Shown here one piece after another: positions 12,322 through 23,657 of a stretch of 64,000 bases of DNA. Position 1 is the stretch's first letter; each line of letters starts with the position of its first letter. Location: positions 14,446,001-14,510,000 of the forward strand of contig NC_047022.1 of assembly GCF_902652985.1 (NCBI RefSeq), in the 5' to 3' direction. Both the position numbers and the translations under genes were made by a program. The notes beneath the pieces are model-generated. The model was given only the letters and a program-made list of their open reading frames with translations, made no database searches and was not told where the DNA came from. This stretch comes from Pecten maximus (taxonomy: Eukaryota).

Positions 12322-15077
12322 TTAGAGTCTGCCGTTGATGGCGTTGACCAGAGACTGTTGAATCTGTCGCAGTTGCTGCCATTCGCATTCATTCAGGCCG
12401 TGAATGTTCAAGGTCATGGAGTGCAAATCTGACACGGGAGAATAACAAAAACGTGTAAGTCGCTGATAAGCAATTTTTGGACACTTCTGATACGTATGTG
12501 ATCGTATTAACCCTAGGATTTATGATGTTTTATGGGCCTTTTAGAAATCTGATATTAGCCAATATTCGGATTAGTCATAGTTTATTCTGAAAACGTAAGG
12601 TTTGTGGGAAATATGCTATGTATACACGTCACAGGGGCTCGTTCCTATATGCTCTCTTCAAAACTTTATTTACCTTTACAACAATTGCAAAACAAGTTAC
12701 CATATATCAATTTAAATTAATCACTCTTGTTGGCCCTAATAGAAACACCCGAGAGGAAACCAGGGCACCCGTAGAAAACCCACGTAGTCGGGCAGGTGAC
12801 CGATCCGGGAATCGAACACTGGCCGCCTAGGTGAAAGATAGGCGAGTGTGTACCACCCGACACCCCTATGACCGATAATTTTTGTGACAGATCTGACGAC
12901 TACAGTGGTCGTTATACTTTATCTGAGCTTGCGACTTACGGAGTTTGTTGTGGATCAACAGTAGACGTATTTTGTCAATAGTAGGCACGACCAGATGGCA
13001 GCACAGTTGTATATGTCTTAACTTCCGGTTCGATATCAGCAAATACAACAGCTCCTCATCTATCGGTGGGTTCTTGTCCAGCTGGAGAGTTAAGTGTTCT
13101 TAGAAAGAAAGAAAAATATTGCTAGCTCTTTTGAAGCGCACAACCAGCTCTTTTTGCTGTACTCGGTATTTCTTGGATTTGGCCTTTTAGAAGTCTACTT
13201 TGCGGTTGTCCTCAATGACGTCTAAACATTTTTCAAGGATCTTTTGTTTCTTAATTCTCCCCTCGTTTCATCTCTAGGTTAGAATATTTAATCATGTATA
13301 GATGATGTTCGTGTCGGCCCCCAGTTTTTTCAACGTTCTTGTTCTAAAATGAGCTTCTTAGTTAAGATAAAAAAACTCCAGGAAAGTCATGCTTGGATAA
13401 ATCTTAGCTAATATTTAGCTTGGGGATTTTCGAAACATTTTATGGTAGGAATATTGATGAAACGAGGGTTTGCTCCGGTTAATTAGTATATATTCCTCTT
13501 TATATTAGAGTAGGACATTCTGGTATGTCGAAGATTCAATGAGATTGCTATTACAACCACAGGATCTCGTTTCTATTTATATTGATCAGTAAAATATGAT
13601 ATTGATATTAACCATTGACACTTGGCCCCGGTTTCAGCAACATTCCTTAGGGTTATTCCTTAACTTGAAATTTTCCATCGTAAGCATTATTTGATTTAGG
13701 GAAACAATCTTAACCGGGAAATGTTCCCTTAAATTCTGTAATGCTTTCCTATGGGGCAATTTAAGTTAAGAGGTTTCCTAAGTTAAGGAATATTGATAAA
13801 ACTTGGGCTCATACTGGATTCCAGTATTATTTTACTAATCTATAAAAACGAGCTCATGTGGTTCAAGCTCCAAAATCAGTTATGCATTATGGTTTTACCA
13901 AAATTCTTTCGTGTTGCATCTTCTGTTATTGAATGAGTGATAATGTATGTTCATATTAGGTCGTCTGATGACTCAGATGACTACGTTCACAATGAATGTC
14001 TCATAACTACAAGTAGCATATACGTACCAAGTGTGTCCTGGTACGTTCTTCCGATATGTCGGACCAGAAATGGAATCTGTCCTTGCATGTCATCATGTGT
14101 TGCAATCGATGCACATGACACGACGTACATTTCTCTGACTGGGATTCCTTTGACCAGTGGCGCAGTAGGATCGTAGAGTCTTCCCGTAACGTATATATAG
14201 AGAATCACCACTGCATCCGAACATTTCTTACTAAAATTGTTCCATACTTCTGATGGAATAACAATATGGCTCACGTTCTTTTCTATTGAAAGTGTCAGTT
14301 TCTGCAATGTGTTGCTCAGGTTTTCAGCGAAGGAGTCTAAAATATCTGAGTTGATAGATGAATAGTTGACGTATATCTGTGTGAGGGCTGAGAATTTGGA
14401 CAATGTACTTATGTACCGTCTGTGACGTATCGGCAAAACATTTGTCTGGAAAAGATCGTCAGCAGATAACACTTTGAGCGTCTTCCCAGCGTAACCGCGG
14501 CTAAGGGATTCAAGCAGACGACAACCTTCGTGTAACGAAAGCCGACAGGAAACGACACTGACTGATTCCAGATATCGAAGACGCCTGAACAATCTACAGA
14601 GAGCCCCAATGACTTTATTACGTGATATCCAAAAGTGCCAGCAATTCTCCAAATCCAACTGATGCAAAAACACTCTAGGTGAGACGTATCTTCGAGTCGT
14701 AAAGTAGATGTTTCAGATAAGTTTCGGCTGCCAGCGCCATAACCTTGACCGTCCGATATGTCGGTTTACCGAAAGGAAAGCTTTAGTGTCTTTAAATACT
14801 TGCCCATGGTGTTGATGTATTGACACTCACGCTTCGCCTTATTTTCGGCCTTCAGTCCCATAAAATGTACCCGTCTACGTCGCCAAAGGGACGGCGTATA
14901 AAACAGATCCCGCCATCGCCTGCAGACGCATGCCATGTGCAGCCTCGCGTGGTCACACAGATATCCGTATATTTGTATTACCAGAATGTCGGGTAAGTTA
15001 TTCCATCTTGAACTAAAGTCGTCATCCTCTTCTGAAATTTTGAGGTGGCTATCATCTTGTTTTTCCACCGCCGCCAT
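12322..15077 (-). CDS. FBXO39: FBXO39-like F-box protein (F-box plus LRR-like region); frame interrupted at 14675-14769
   Basis: Segments (-): 15077-14770, [95-nt GT-AG segment], 14674-14028, 13098-12940, 12428-12322. F-box WNNLPDILVIQIYGYL...ACVCRRWRDLFYTPSLW. The downstream motifs EGCRLLESLS, VNYSSINSDIL and IDEELLYLLIS resemble FBXO39 as recalled. AATAAA (-) at 12236-12241. Orthology versus paralogy is not established. Confidence 0.8.
12745..12866 (-). mobile_element. Degenerate tRNA-derived SINE (V/Meta-like core)
   Basis: Minus strand GTGTTCGATTCCCGG (B box) and GGGTTTTCTACGGGTGCCCTGGTTTCCTC (core). Confidence 0.6.
13624..13809. mobile_element. Degenerate MITE (Harbinger-like termini)
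   Basis: Imperfect inverted ends GGCCCCGGTTTCAGCAACATTCCTTA / TAAGGAATATTGATAAAACTTGGGCT; related relic at ~13316-13470. Confidence 0.45.
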
Positions 15078-15188
15078 TACAACCGAGCATTGTGACGTAA
15101 TTTCAAAACAACGTCATATTTCGCGGAAGAAATTGCACAATTAGTATGGCGGGTGTCGTCGATGAAGCAGAAGGCGCTTACGGAGCAT

Positions 15189-15730
15189 TTAAGCATTGAA
15201 CTGTTTTTGTATGGTATTTATGATATATTTGAATGCCAGAGCTTTGCAAGCAAACAGCATACTGTGCGTTAGCACATTATGATTTGTTTGCTTGCGAAGC
15301 TCTGGCATTCAAATAGATCATAAATACCATACAAAAACAGTTCAACGTTTATATTTACATTCCTTTTACTTTTTTTATCATTTAAATGCTATAATTCATA
15401 TTTAACATTCATAATTACCGCCTTACCGACAGTCAACAGATGTTTTGTCTGTCGTTGGAACAGCCGGAACATGGTCGAGTGCTTTTTGGCAAACAAAATA
15501 GTACATCATTTTATTATCAACGTAATGCGCAAATGGCATATTTTTTATAACAAATAATGTAGATAAAATAATAAGTCGTTGAATTTGTTTATCCTGGATA
15601 TTGTAGTTCCGGTTTGTGTTGTATTAATACGCTGATAAGTGTAGCGCGTGATGGATGGCATTTAAACGTACATCAATGCCAGAGCTCCCAAACAGACTAT
15701 ATAGTGATAATACCAGACAAATGTAAATAT
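15189..15730 (+). mobile_element. Hairpin/ICR-type non-autonomous element (Crypton/DIRS-like architecture), copy 1
   Basis: TTAAGCATTGAAC starts a ~160-bp hairpin closing at GTTCAACGTTTA (15351), directly followed by TATTTACATT; the complementary AAATGTAAATAT is at 15719-15730. Confidence 0.6.
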
Positions 15731-16019
15731 ATGGTATTATTACCCTTGTGCTTCGCGTCGAGCAATAGTCATGATCTTGGGTTGTTGCCCTCTGTCCCAG
15801 TCAAACAATTGCACATTATCATCCTTGTACAATAATGTACTTTTCATCGAGTCTCCATGTAAATTTACATTTTGTGGTTATTTTGCCCACGTTAAATCGA
15901 TTTCGAGTTTAAATTAGGGTTTGGTTATTTATTGTTTTGGGTGAAAGGAGAATGCATTTTTTCAGTCGTGTCTTTTTTAATCCTATTTGCGTATTCCCTA
16001 TATAGACATGACTTACATA

Positions 16020-16325
16020 GTTATGAACATGTTCAAAAATACTAACCATAAAGCGTTATGAACAATTCAGTGGGACAGGTTCAACAATACTAACCGTACA
16101 TCGTTATGAACAATTTAGCGGAACATGTTCAAAAATACTAACCGTACAGCGTTGTGAACAATTTAGCGGCACATGTTCAAAAATACTAACCGTACAGCGC
16201 TGTGAACAATTTAGCGGAACATGTTCAAAAATACTAACCGTACAGCGCTGTGAACAATTTAGCGGAACATGTTCAAAAATACTAACCGTACAGCGCTGTG
16301 AACAATTTAGCGGAACATGTTGAAA
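16020..16325. repeat. 48-bp minisatellite, ~6 copies
   Basis: Unit TGTGAACAATTTAGCGGAACATGTTCAAAAATACTAACCGTACAGCGC. Confidence 0.9.
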
Positions 16326-16399
16326 CAACTGTACATGTACTAACAGACCACTTGATTCCAGTTGCGATATTGTGTAGAACAGTAAGTAATGAATGGTGC

Positions 16400-17016
16400 T
16401 ATTGTGATGTCCCATCAACATCAATGTGTATTGCCGTAAAGTCACCCTGAAGTATAACGATTTACACTGGACATTCTGAAAAAAAGAACATCGAGCTTTG
16501 CCTAGCAGAACTGGGCTGAACGCCGGTACCAGCTGTAAAAGATGTAAGAGACGGAATATTGTCACTGTGGACACCCTAAAGAATTGCTATCTGGACATTC
16601 CTGTCTGCTTGGTCGAATGCCATATATTACATGGACGGGATATTTGTTTACAAATTGAGTAAACAAGAGTTTTGTATGCATGTATGTTTAGTTGATATGA
16701 CCGCCACTGAGCTGGGCTCTCGGGATGATTGATCAGGCTATAAATTTTACAAGCTCTGCATGCTTACATTTGAAAAAAAAGAATACATGTATTTAAGTAT
16801 GTATCTTTCTTTGTCCTTTGTTGTATTTTTGTTCGTATCCATAAGTTAGTCATTTTATATAACTTGCATGCTGTGATATTACCCTTGTTTTTGTTATAAA
16901 GTTTTTCTCTGTATTTTACTTATGTTAAGTCGTAGAAATAGCTCTACAGAGCTAATGTTCTTTGTTTTTAACATATGACAGTCGGACTTTAAATAAATCT
17001 TCTTGTATCTTGTATC
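16400..17016 (+). mobile_element. Degraded 3' end of a non-LTR retrotransposon (CR1/L2-like)
   Basis: Relic C-terminal YCHCGHPKE motif (~16556-16582), T-rich 3' region, AATAAA then a (TCTTGTA)2 tail at ~17002-17015. Confidence 0.45.
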
Positions 17017-17888
17017 CGCAGATTCCCAGTCCGACAGTCTAATAAACAATGGGTTTTCCATATTCTAGCCACAGGTATACTTGTGGACATGATTATGATG
17101 TTTTTTTTACAAATTAAGCATGAGATTGTTATACAATAATTTACTCGTCTATAATGTAATATTTTGATTAAAAACATCATAATCATGTCCACAAGTACCT
17201 GTGAGTCTAGCAACAGATTTGATCGTTCTGTTGAAATTAGGGTAACACTTGCAAACGCACGAAACGATTGACAGTCATTTCACGATGAAGAATATTGAAT
17301 CTATCGAACTCTGAACATTTGATTTTTTACAAAGAAGCTCATATTTAAAGACTTTTCCAATACAGCTTACTAAAATTTAGAAAAGCATGACGTGTAGCGC
17401 TTAGTGTAGTGTAATCACCCGACCGTGGCTACCGACGATGCACTGCTTTGAATTCCCGGGGAAATTTCGCTTCACGCTGTAGTGTCCTGAAAGATGTAGT
17501 CTTCACTAGGAATTCTAGCTTGGATGAGCCATATTTTATAATATAACTTAGTGGCATGCGGAGCATGCATTTTATATAATAAATGACTCTGCCAATGAGT
17601 CTTGCAAATACTAGATGAAAATAAAACTCAATTTCAGGATTAATTGATCAATATATTAAATTTAATAACATTGTGTAAATCAAATAAATTAACAGCATCT
17701 TTCAAAATATATTCCATGCAATTCCACTCTTGACAATATCAATATCCAACACGTATTTTCAAATGTTAAATTGGCATCTCCTTAGATCTACAACCATACA
17801 AAATGATACAAATGAATGAAGTGGGCAGGGAAATGTGGATGGCTCTTGTTTGATAACAGGAAAGGAAAGCACATGGTAAAATTTCCTA

Positions 17889-17966
17889 GGGAAGGGGGGT
17901 GGGGGTGGGGGTGGGGGTGGGGGGGGGGGTGGGGGGGGGGGTGGGGGGGGGGGGGGGGGGGGGGGT
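17889..17966 (+). repeat. (GGGGGT)n / poly-G tract, G-quadruplex-forming potential
   Basis: ~75 nt almost entirely G with T spacers; further G-rich runs to ~18545. Confidence 0.9.
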
Positions 17967-18611
17967 GTAATAGAGGAAATTGAGATTCCAAGATATGTGA
18001 ACATGCCAAAAGAGGATGGTGAGCTCTCAAGATGGGAAGGATCATTCATAATAAATATGTGTATTCCTATAGTAGATTTCAAGCAATCTAAGTACTTAGT
18101 AAGCTTTTATTACATTTTTACCAGTGAGATATCAAAAATTATTCATTCTATAAAAGTGATATTTTTCACTAGTGAAAAAATATCAATATATTTTAGGGTG
18201 GGGTGGGGTGAGGTTTGGAAAAGCAAAGGGTCATTTATAGAGGAAATAAGTGTTCTTAGGGATGAGGGAATGCTAAGAGAGGGGGACATTCATAACTGTC
18301 TGGTGGTGGTGGTGTGGTGTGTGTGTGTGTGGGGGGGGCAGTTATACAGGGGAAGGAGCTTTTATAAGGCAAATAGCATGCCTGTGGGGAAGGGGGGGGG
18401 GGGGAGTGGTATTTATACAGGGGAGGAACACCTAAAAGGGAGTAGGATGGATGCCTAGATGGTAGTGTCATGTGTCATTCATTGGGAAGGAGTATGTCTA
18501 GATGAGAGTGGCATTGAGGGGGGGGGGAACAGACCTAGTGGGGAGTGGTATTCATAAGGGTGATGCTAAGATGGACTATATCTAGAGGAATTGGGTGAAA
18601 GAGCAGGCCTC

Positions 18612-19070
18612 TTATCTCTTATCTCCCATTCTCTCATTCTCCATCCCCCACTCTGTCATTCTCCATCTCTCACTGTCATTCTCAATCTCTCACTCTGTCA
18701 TTTTCCATCTCTCACTCTGTCATTCTCCATTTCTCATTCTCCATCTCCCATTCTCTCGTTCTCCATCTCTCACTCTGTCATTCTCCATCTCTCACTCTGT
18801 CATTCTCCATCTCTCACTCTGTCATTCTCCATCTCCCATTCTCTCGTTCTCCATCTCTCACTCTGTCATTCTCCATCTCTCATTCTCTCGTTCTCCATCT
18901 CTCACTCTGTCATTCTCCATCTCTCACTCTGTCATTCTCCATCTCTCACTGTCATTCTCCATCTCCCATTCTCTCGTTCTCCATCTCTCACTCTGTCATT
19001 CTCCATCTCTCACTCTGTCATTCTCCATTTCTCACTCTCCATCTCCAATTCTCACATTTTCTGTCTCCCA
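18612..19070. repeat. CT-rich 22-bp minisatellite, ~20 variant units
   Basis: Unit CATTCTCCATCTCTCACTCTGT with variants CCCATTCTCTCGTT. Confidence 0.9.
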
Positions 19071-19502
19071 TAACATTGTCTCATGCACAATTTCTCTCTT
19101 GTGGACAACATGATGTCAGGATCAGTTATACCATGTTTCCCTCTCTGCTTCATGACAAATTACCTTTATATGAAAGTGCCACTGTATTACACTCCTCGTG
19201 TATTTCTCTACACTCATTATATTGGATATCTCTTAAACATCCTGTCTGTGTCAATACGATCAAACCTGTCTATAAAAGAGCTCAATGAAGCAGAGGAAAA
19301 TTGTCTTTACAGAATGTTGGTCTTTGAGGACAGGTTGATAGGGAGGTGGCTGGTAGCCTTTAGGGCAGGTTTGACTGCATATCCTCCATGTACCTTTTGC
19401 TTACATGATTTTACACAAATGTTCCTGTTTAATCACTACTTCTCTCAAAGAACTATGTTAATGATGTAGTCAGGTGATCCAGTTTGCTAAGTTACTGTGC
19501 CG

Positions 19503-22500
19503 TCAGTACTGGGAATGTTCCTTCAAAAGGAAATACAAGTCCGCAAAAAACACTATCGTACCAAAGATGAGACCCATAATCATTTGCTGAAAAACAAAAA
19601 AATAAAACACCATATAAAATACGTAACATACAATGATTTAAAGAGTCGTAATCTATATGACACATTCATTGCAACAATTTTGGGGTAATCTGATTTTCCA
19701 GTGATAATTAAACTTTTGTGGTTATCAGATTTTTGAGTGAATTTTTAGGGTAGTCTGATTTCTGAGTAAAGTATGGGGATAACTCATGATGTTATTTTCA
19801 TACATGCTCTTTGACAGTGATTTATGGGGTTGATATTCGAAGGTGATTTTTGTGGGTTAGGTGATTTTGGAATGATTTTTGGTGGGCGATTAACAGTATA
19901 ACTACCAGTATATCGTATACAGGTAGGTAGTCAGTGTTTGTCTGACCATAGTGACAAAGGTATGTTTATATTGCATTTACATTATAACCATTTATTTGAC
20001 TTTCTGATCGAAGGATATTACTTATCAACATAACTCTGATCATAATTACCAAAAATTCTGGTTTAAATGTCACATTAATGATATTTATGGAACTTTCTGG
20101 TAATTGGGATAAATTTCAATACATATATGGAAGCACAGAATGATACGGGTACAGGTTTTTCTTTCTAAAGATAACGTTTACATACCGCAATCATGGCATG
20201 CTTTGATCCACCCAGTGCTATTTCTGTTGCTTTGTATCCAAATGCAAAAGCTCCTCCTACAGTCACAACAAAGTTGACCACAGACCACATCTGGGAGTTC
20301 ATGGCTTTCACTGGGAGGGAAACATAACACAAGTTAAAAATACCCGATAAAATTAGAAATCAAAGATATCAAAGAGGAAATGAATGTGTTGCAATATTGA
20401 GCAGATGATTCCAGAAAGTAAGATTTAATTAGAAAAAAAAAGCATTTTGAAAAGACTAAGACGTCCTTTTAAATAAAACAAATTAGTAATAGCAACCTTT
20501 TTTGTCAAAAGTTATATAAGTTATATACAATGTATAAAGTATACATATATTTTTTAAGACCTTTTCCCTTTGTCAAGTTACACAGATGTAACAATTACTT
20601 TATGTAAGAAATATACATGGCCTCAAAATTTATGAAATATTATTACCCTTCTGTTCATTAACCCTGATCCCTGATGTCTGATTTCATGACCCAAGTTTTT
20701 TTTTGTTTTTGTTTTTTTTATAAATCTTACCTTCAGCACCAATATTCATTTTGTCCATACAATCTTTTTGCTGAAAAAATACAGCCAAAAACCAAAAATG
20801 ATGATTCAATGATATGCTTCAAAGTAAGGTGATCAAGATTTGCTATGCAATTGATTTTGATCAAGATTTGCTATGCAATTGATTTTTAACAAGGTAGAAA
20901 CATTTTCAAAAAAATATGAAGTAATGTTAATTAGATGCTAGACAAGGATCCTGATTTGTAAAGTGATTGAAACTAATTAAGACAGATTTATTTAGTCAGC
21001 TGAAAGGAATACTCTTAAGAAAATTCTGCATAAGAAGTTCAGAAACTAAAACGTAACTTACAGATTTGTCTACATTCCTTGTCATTTCCTTGTATCTCTT
21101 ATTTTCTTGTTCTGCTTTTAATTTTTGTATTCTTGCTTCCAGCTCAGGATTCTTTAATAGGTAAAAACATTATCAGTAAAGTAACCATTTTCAAATTCAT
21201 AACACCAGTAGAAGCTTTCATAATGAAAAACAAATATTCTTTTTACTCAACAGCTGATCATTTTATTTACAGTGATAAAGGATATATCTATATATTCAAT
21301 GACTATATTTTATATGGGAGAAAGACAAGTCCCTGTGCTGAATGATCTATATTGTAACGATTACTTTAGATGGGAGGAAGTAAAAGTCCCCATGATGAAT
21401 GATTTATATATTGTAATGACTATTTTATATGGGAGAAAGACAAGTCCCTGTGCTGAATGATCTATATTGTAATGCTTATTTTAGATAGGAGGAAGTAAAG
21501 TCCCCATGATAAATGATTTATATTAGTAATGACTATTTTATATGGGAGAAAGACAAGTCCCTGTGCTGAATGATCTATATTGTAATGCTTATTTTAGATA
21601 GGAGGAAGTAAAGTCCCCATGATAAATGATTTATTTATTTTTTTAATGACTATTTTAGATAGGAGGAAGTCAAGTCCCCATGATGAATGATTTATATTAG
21701 TAATGACTATTTTATATATATGTAGGAAATCAGCTCTTGATATGTAGGAATTATTTTATAATTGTTATACTCACACGAGGCGGTAACTTGACGCATGGCA
21801 AATTAATGTCACTATCTTGTAAAACTTCATGAAGGTAGCGTTGTTTATGACCTGAAATTGATTTATATACATATTACAAATATACACAGTAATTATCTGG
21901 CAATCAGGTCCAATATCTGATAAAATCAATGGGGTGGGCTTATTACTAGACAAGAGGTTAACTATATGGAAAACTAGACAGAATTTTACTGTGATAACTT
22001 TTTTTTTGGTATTTCTAAATGATAATTCAAAACATAGTGAAAATAAAATGTTAGTAAAAACAATACATTTATTTGCTTTTGAAACAGGAAATATTATCAA
22101 ACAGGTGTAATATACAGCCATGTCTGCCATGTTAATTTTGATCTTTGTGAAATCAAAATGAAATCCAGGACTGAATTGATACCTTCACTTTCATTCTATG
22201 ATTATAATTATTCTCCATGAATGTATGTAAGGATTGTAGCCCGAGTTTCTGTAGAATTGTACCGACTCTTAAATGACCATAACCATGACTTTGATTAATT
22301 TGTTTCATTGGTGATTATGTGATTGTTATTTTCGGAGAGACCTTTATATAAATCGTTATACAGTTCATACAAATACAAACAAAATCCTGACGCTTTGTCA
22401 TTGTTTTTTTTTTTTACCGAGTATTGAGAAAGTAAACACGTAGATATAATTTGAAAATGAAGAAAGTGGCAGGTACTAGCCAAAAGATAGAAAAAAATAT

Positions 22501-23365
22501 TCGATTTTGTTGAAAATTGGTGTTAGTGGTTTTGAGGGGTGGCGAAAACAGTATGTTCCCCATTACAATTAGTAATTGTTCTTTATATATATTTTATTAT
22601 ACAAGAAAATTGGCAATAGCACACGTTAATGTGCTCAAAAGGCCTATACAATTTTTTTCCTGGGGGAGACACCCATACCCCTATAGCGGTAAGGGGGCAT
22701 ATCCCCCCCCCCCCTTCCTCATGGGTTGGTACCTTCAGCACCACATCTGCGTACACATAAAAACAAGTCTAGCTATGCCACTGTATACAGTTCCGAGATT
22801 CTTTTGTGGATTGAAAAAAATCCATACCATTAATCATGATGAGCAAGAAAACATTACACTGATTTTTCTCATTCTGGACAACATTACTATGTTTTATCTC
22901 ATCTATGTCTAGTATATATACTGTCCCTACATTAGCTAGTATATACCTAGACTAATATACAGTAGGTGCAAGTGAAGTCATTTCAAGAGTTATTCCCCTT
23001 CGCCGGTTAGGTTTTCCTAATGCGCATTAGAGAGAATTGCAATTTGATTTTCATGGTCTGTCAATTTTGTAATTAATATAATATTTCACTTTTGATATTC
23101 AACACTTCATTATGTTTAAAACAAATCTCATGATACTCCTGTAATATCAGTATTGAATTGTCTATCATGTGATGAAGAGACACGCACCTGCTAGTTTGTT
23201 TCTGTTGTGTACGTCTCTTATTACTCTAAATGGAATACTGTCTTGGTCCTTAAAGTTATTTATATGATCTTCAATATCACTCTGGAAAGCATCGTCATTT
23301 CTAAGGGAATCTTTCAAGAACTCCAAGACCGAATCCGTGAACAACACCTCTGGTTCCATTTTCAT
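19503..23365 (-). CDS. TMEM199: TMEM199 / Vma12 V-ATPase assembly factor, ~197 aa, 6 exons
   Basis: Exons (-): 23365-23188, 21851-21775, 21151-21062, 20770-20731, 20310-20186, 19586-19503; GT-AG, phases consistent, 594 nt. Motifs IPFRVIR, YLHEVLQDSDINLP..PPRNPELEARIQKLKAEQENKRYKEMTRNV, then two TM segments (SVVNFVVTVGGAFAFGY; GLIFGTIVFFADLYFLL). Confidence 0.92.
21298..21716. repeat. Dimeric higher-order minisatellite (~56+57 bp, ABAB)
   Basis: Alternating ATGACTATTTTATATGGGAGAAAGACAAGTCCCTGTGCTGAATGATCTATATTGTA and ATGCTTATTTTAGATAGGAGGAAGTAAAGTCCCCATGATAAATGATTTATATTAGTA units. Confidence 0.85.
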
Positions 23366-23657
23366 GTTAGACAGACCGGAAGTTTGTTAAACAGGAAACT
23401 ACACGGATAACTTTATTAGCATAAACCGATAGGGGGAGAAAGGTCGGAATATTATGAAGAAGGGCTATGCATCCCGGATTCAAAACGCACGTGAATTGAA
23501 ATAAAGTTCGTTTTTACCATGAATTTGTTAAATTGAAAAAAAACCCATTAAAATTAAATTTTACTGCAACGACAATAATGACTTCTCGTTATTTTTAATT
23601 TGATCTAAATTTCTTTACATAAATAGACTTTCCCAAAACGTACGAGAAACAAGAAAG
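23366..23657. promoter_or_regulatory. Bidirectional promoter region TMEM199/SFSWAP
   Basis: Only 292 bp between the divergent ATGs; ETS-type CCGGAAGT near 23376; YY1-like AAGATGGCGGC overlaps the SFSWAP ATG. Confidence 0.75.

Noticed and set aside
12866-12939. Read-through C-terminus of the FBXO39-like exon (RKSQAQ...YRS*)
   Set aside because: A consensus donor C|GTAAGT at 12939 and an in-phase terminal exon 12428-12322 followed by AATAAA explain the gene end better.
16104-16574. 156-aa ORF with CSQRCTVSIFEHVPLN repeats
   Set aside because: Runs through the 48-bp minisatellite; no splice or homology support.
17759-19113. Poly-Pro and SLTLSFSISH ORFs
   Set aside because: Translations of the poly-G tract and the CT-rich minisatellite.
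19490-19525. Possible frameshift near the TMEM199 stop (alternative tail NIPSTDGTVT)
   Set aside because: The frame as given closes normally after the second TM segment; nothing in the sequence requires an indel.
22295-22483. Candidate TMEM199 exon 2 (LYLYELYNDL)
   Set aside because: The exon at 21851-21775 (YLHEVL...LPPR) fits both phase and family motif; this ORF has no suitable donor.
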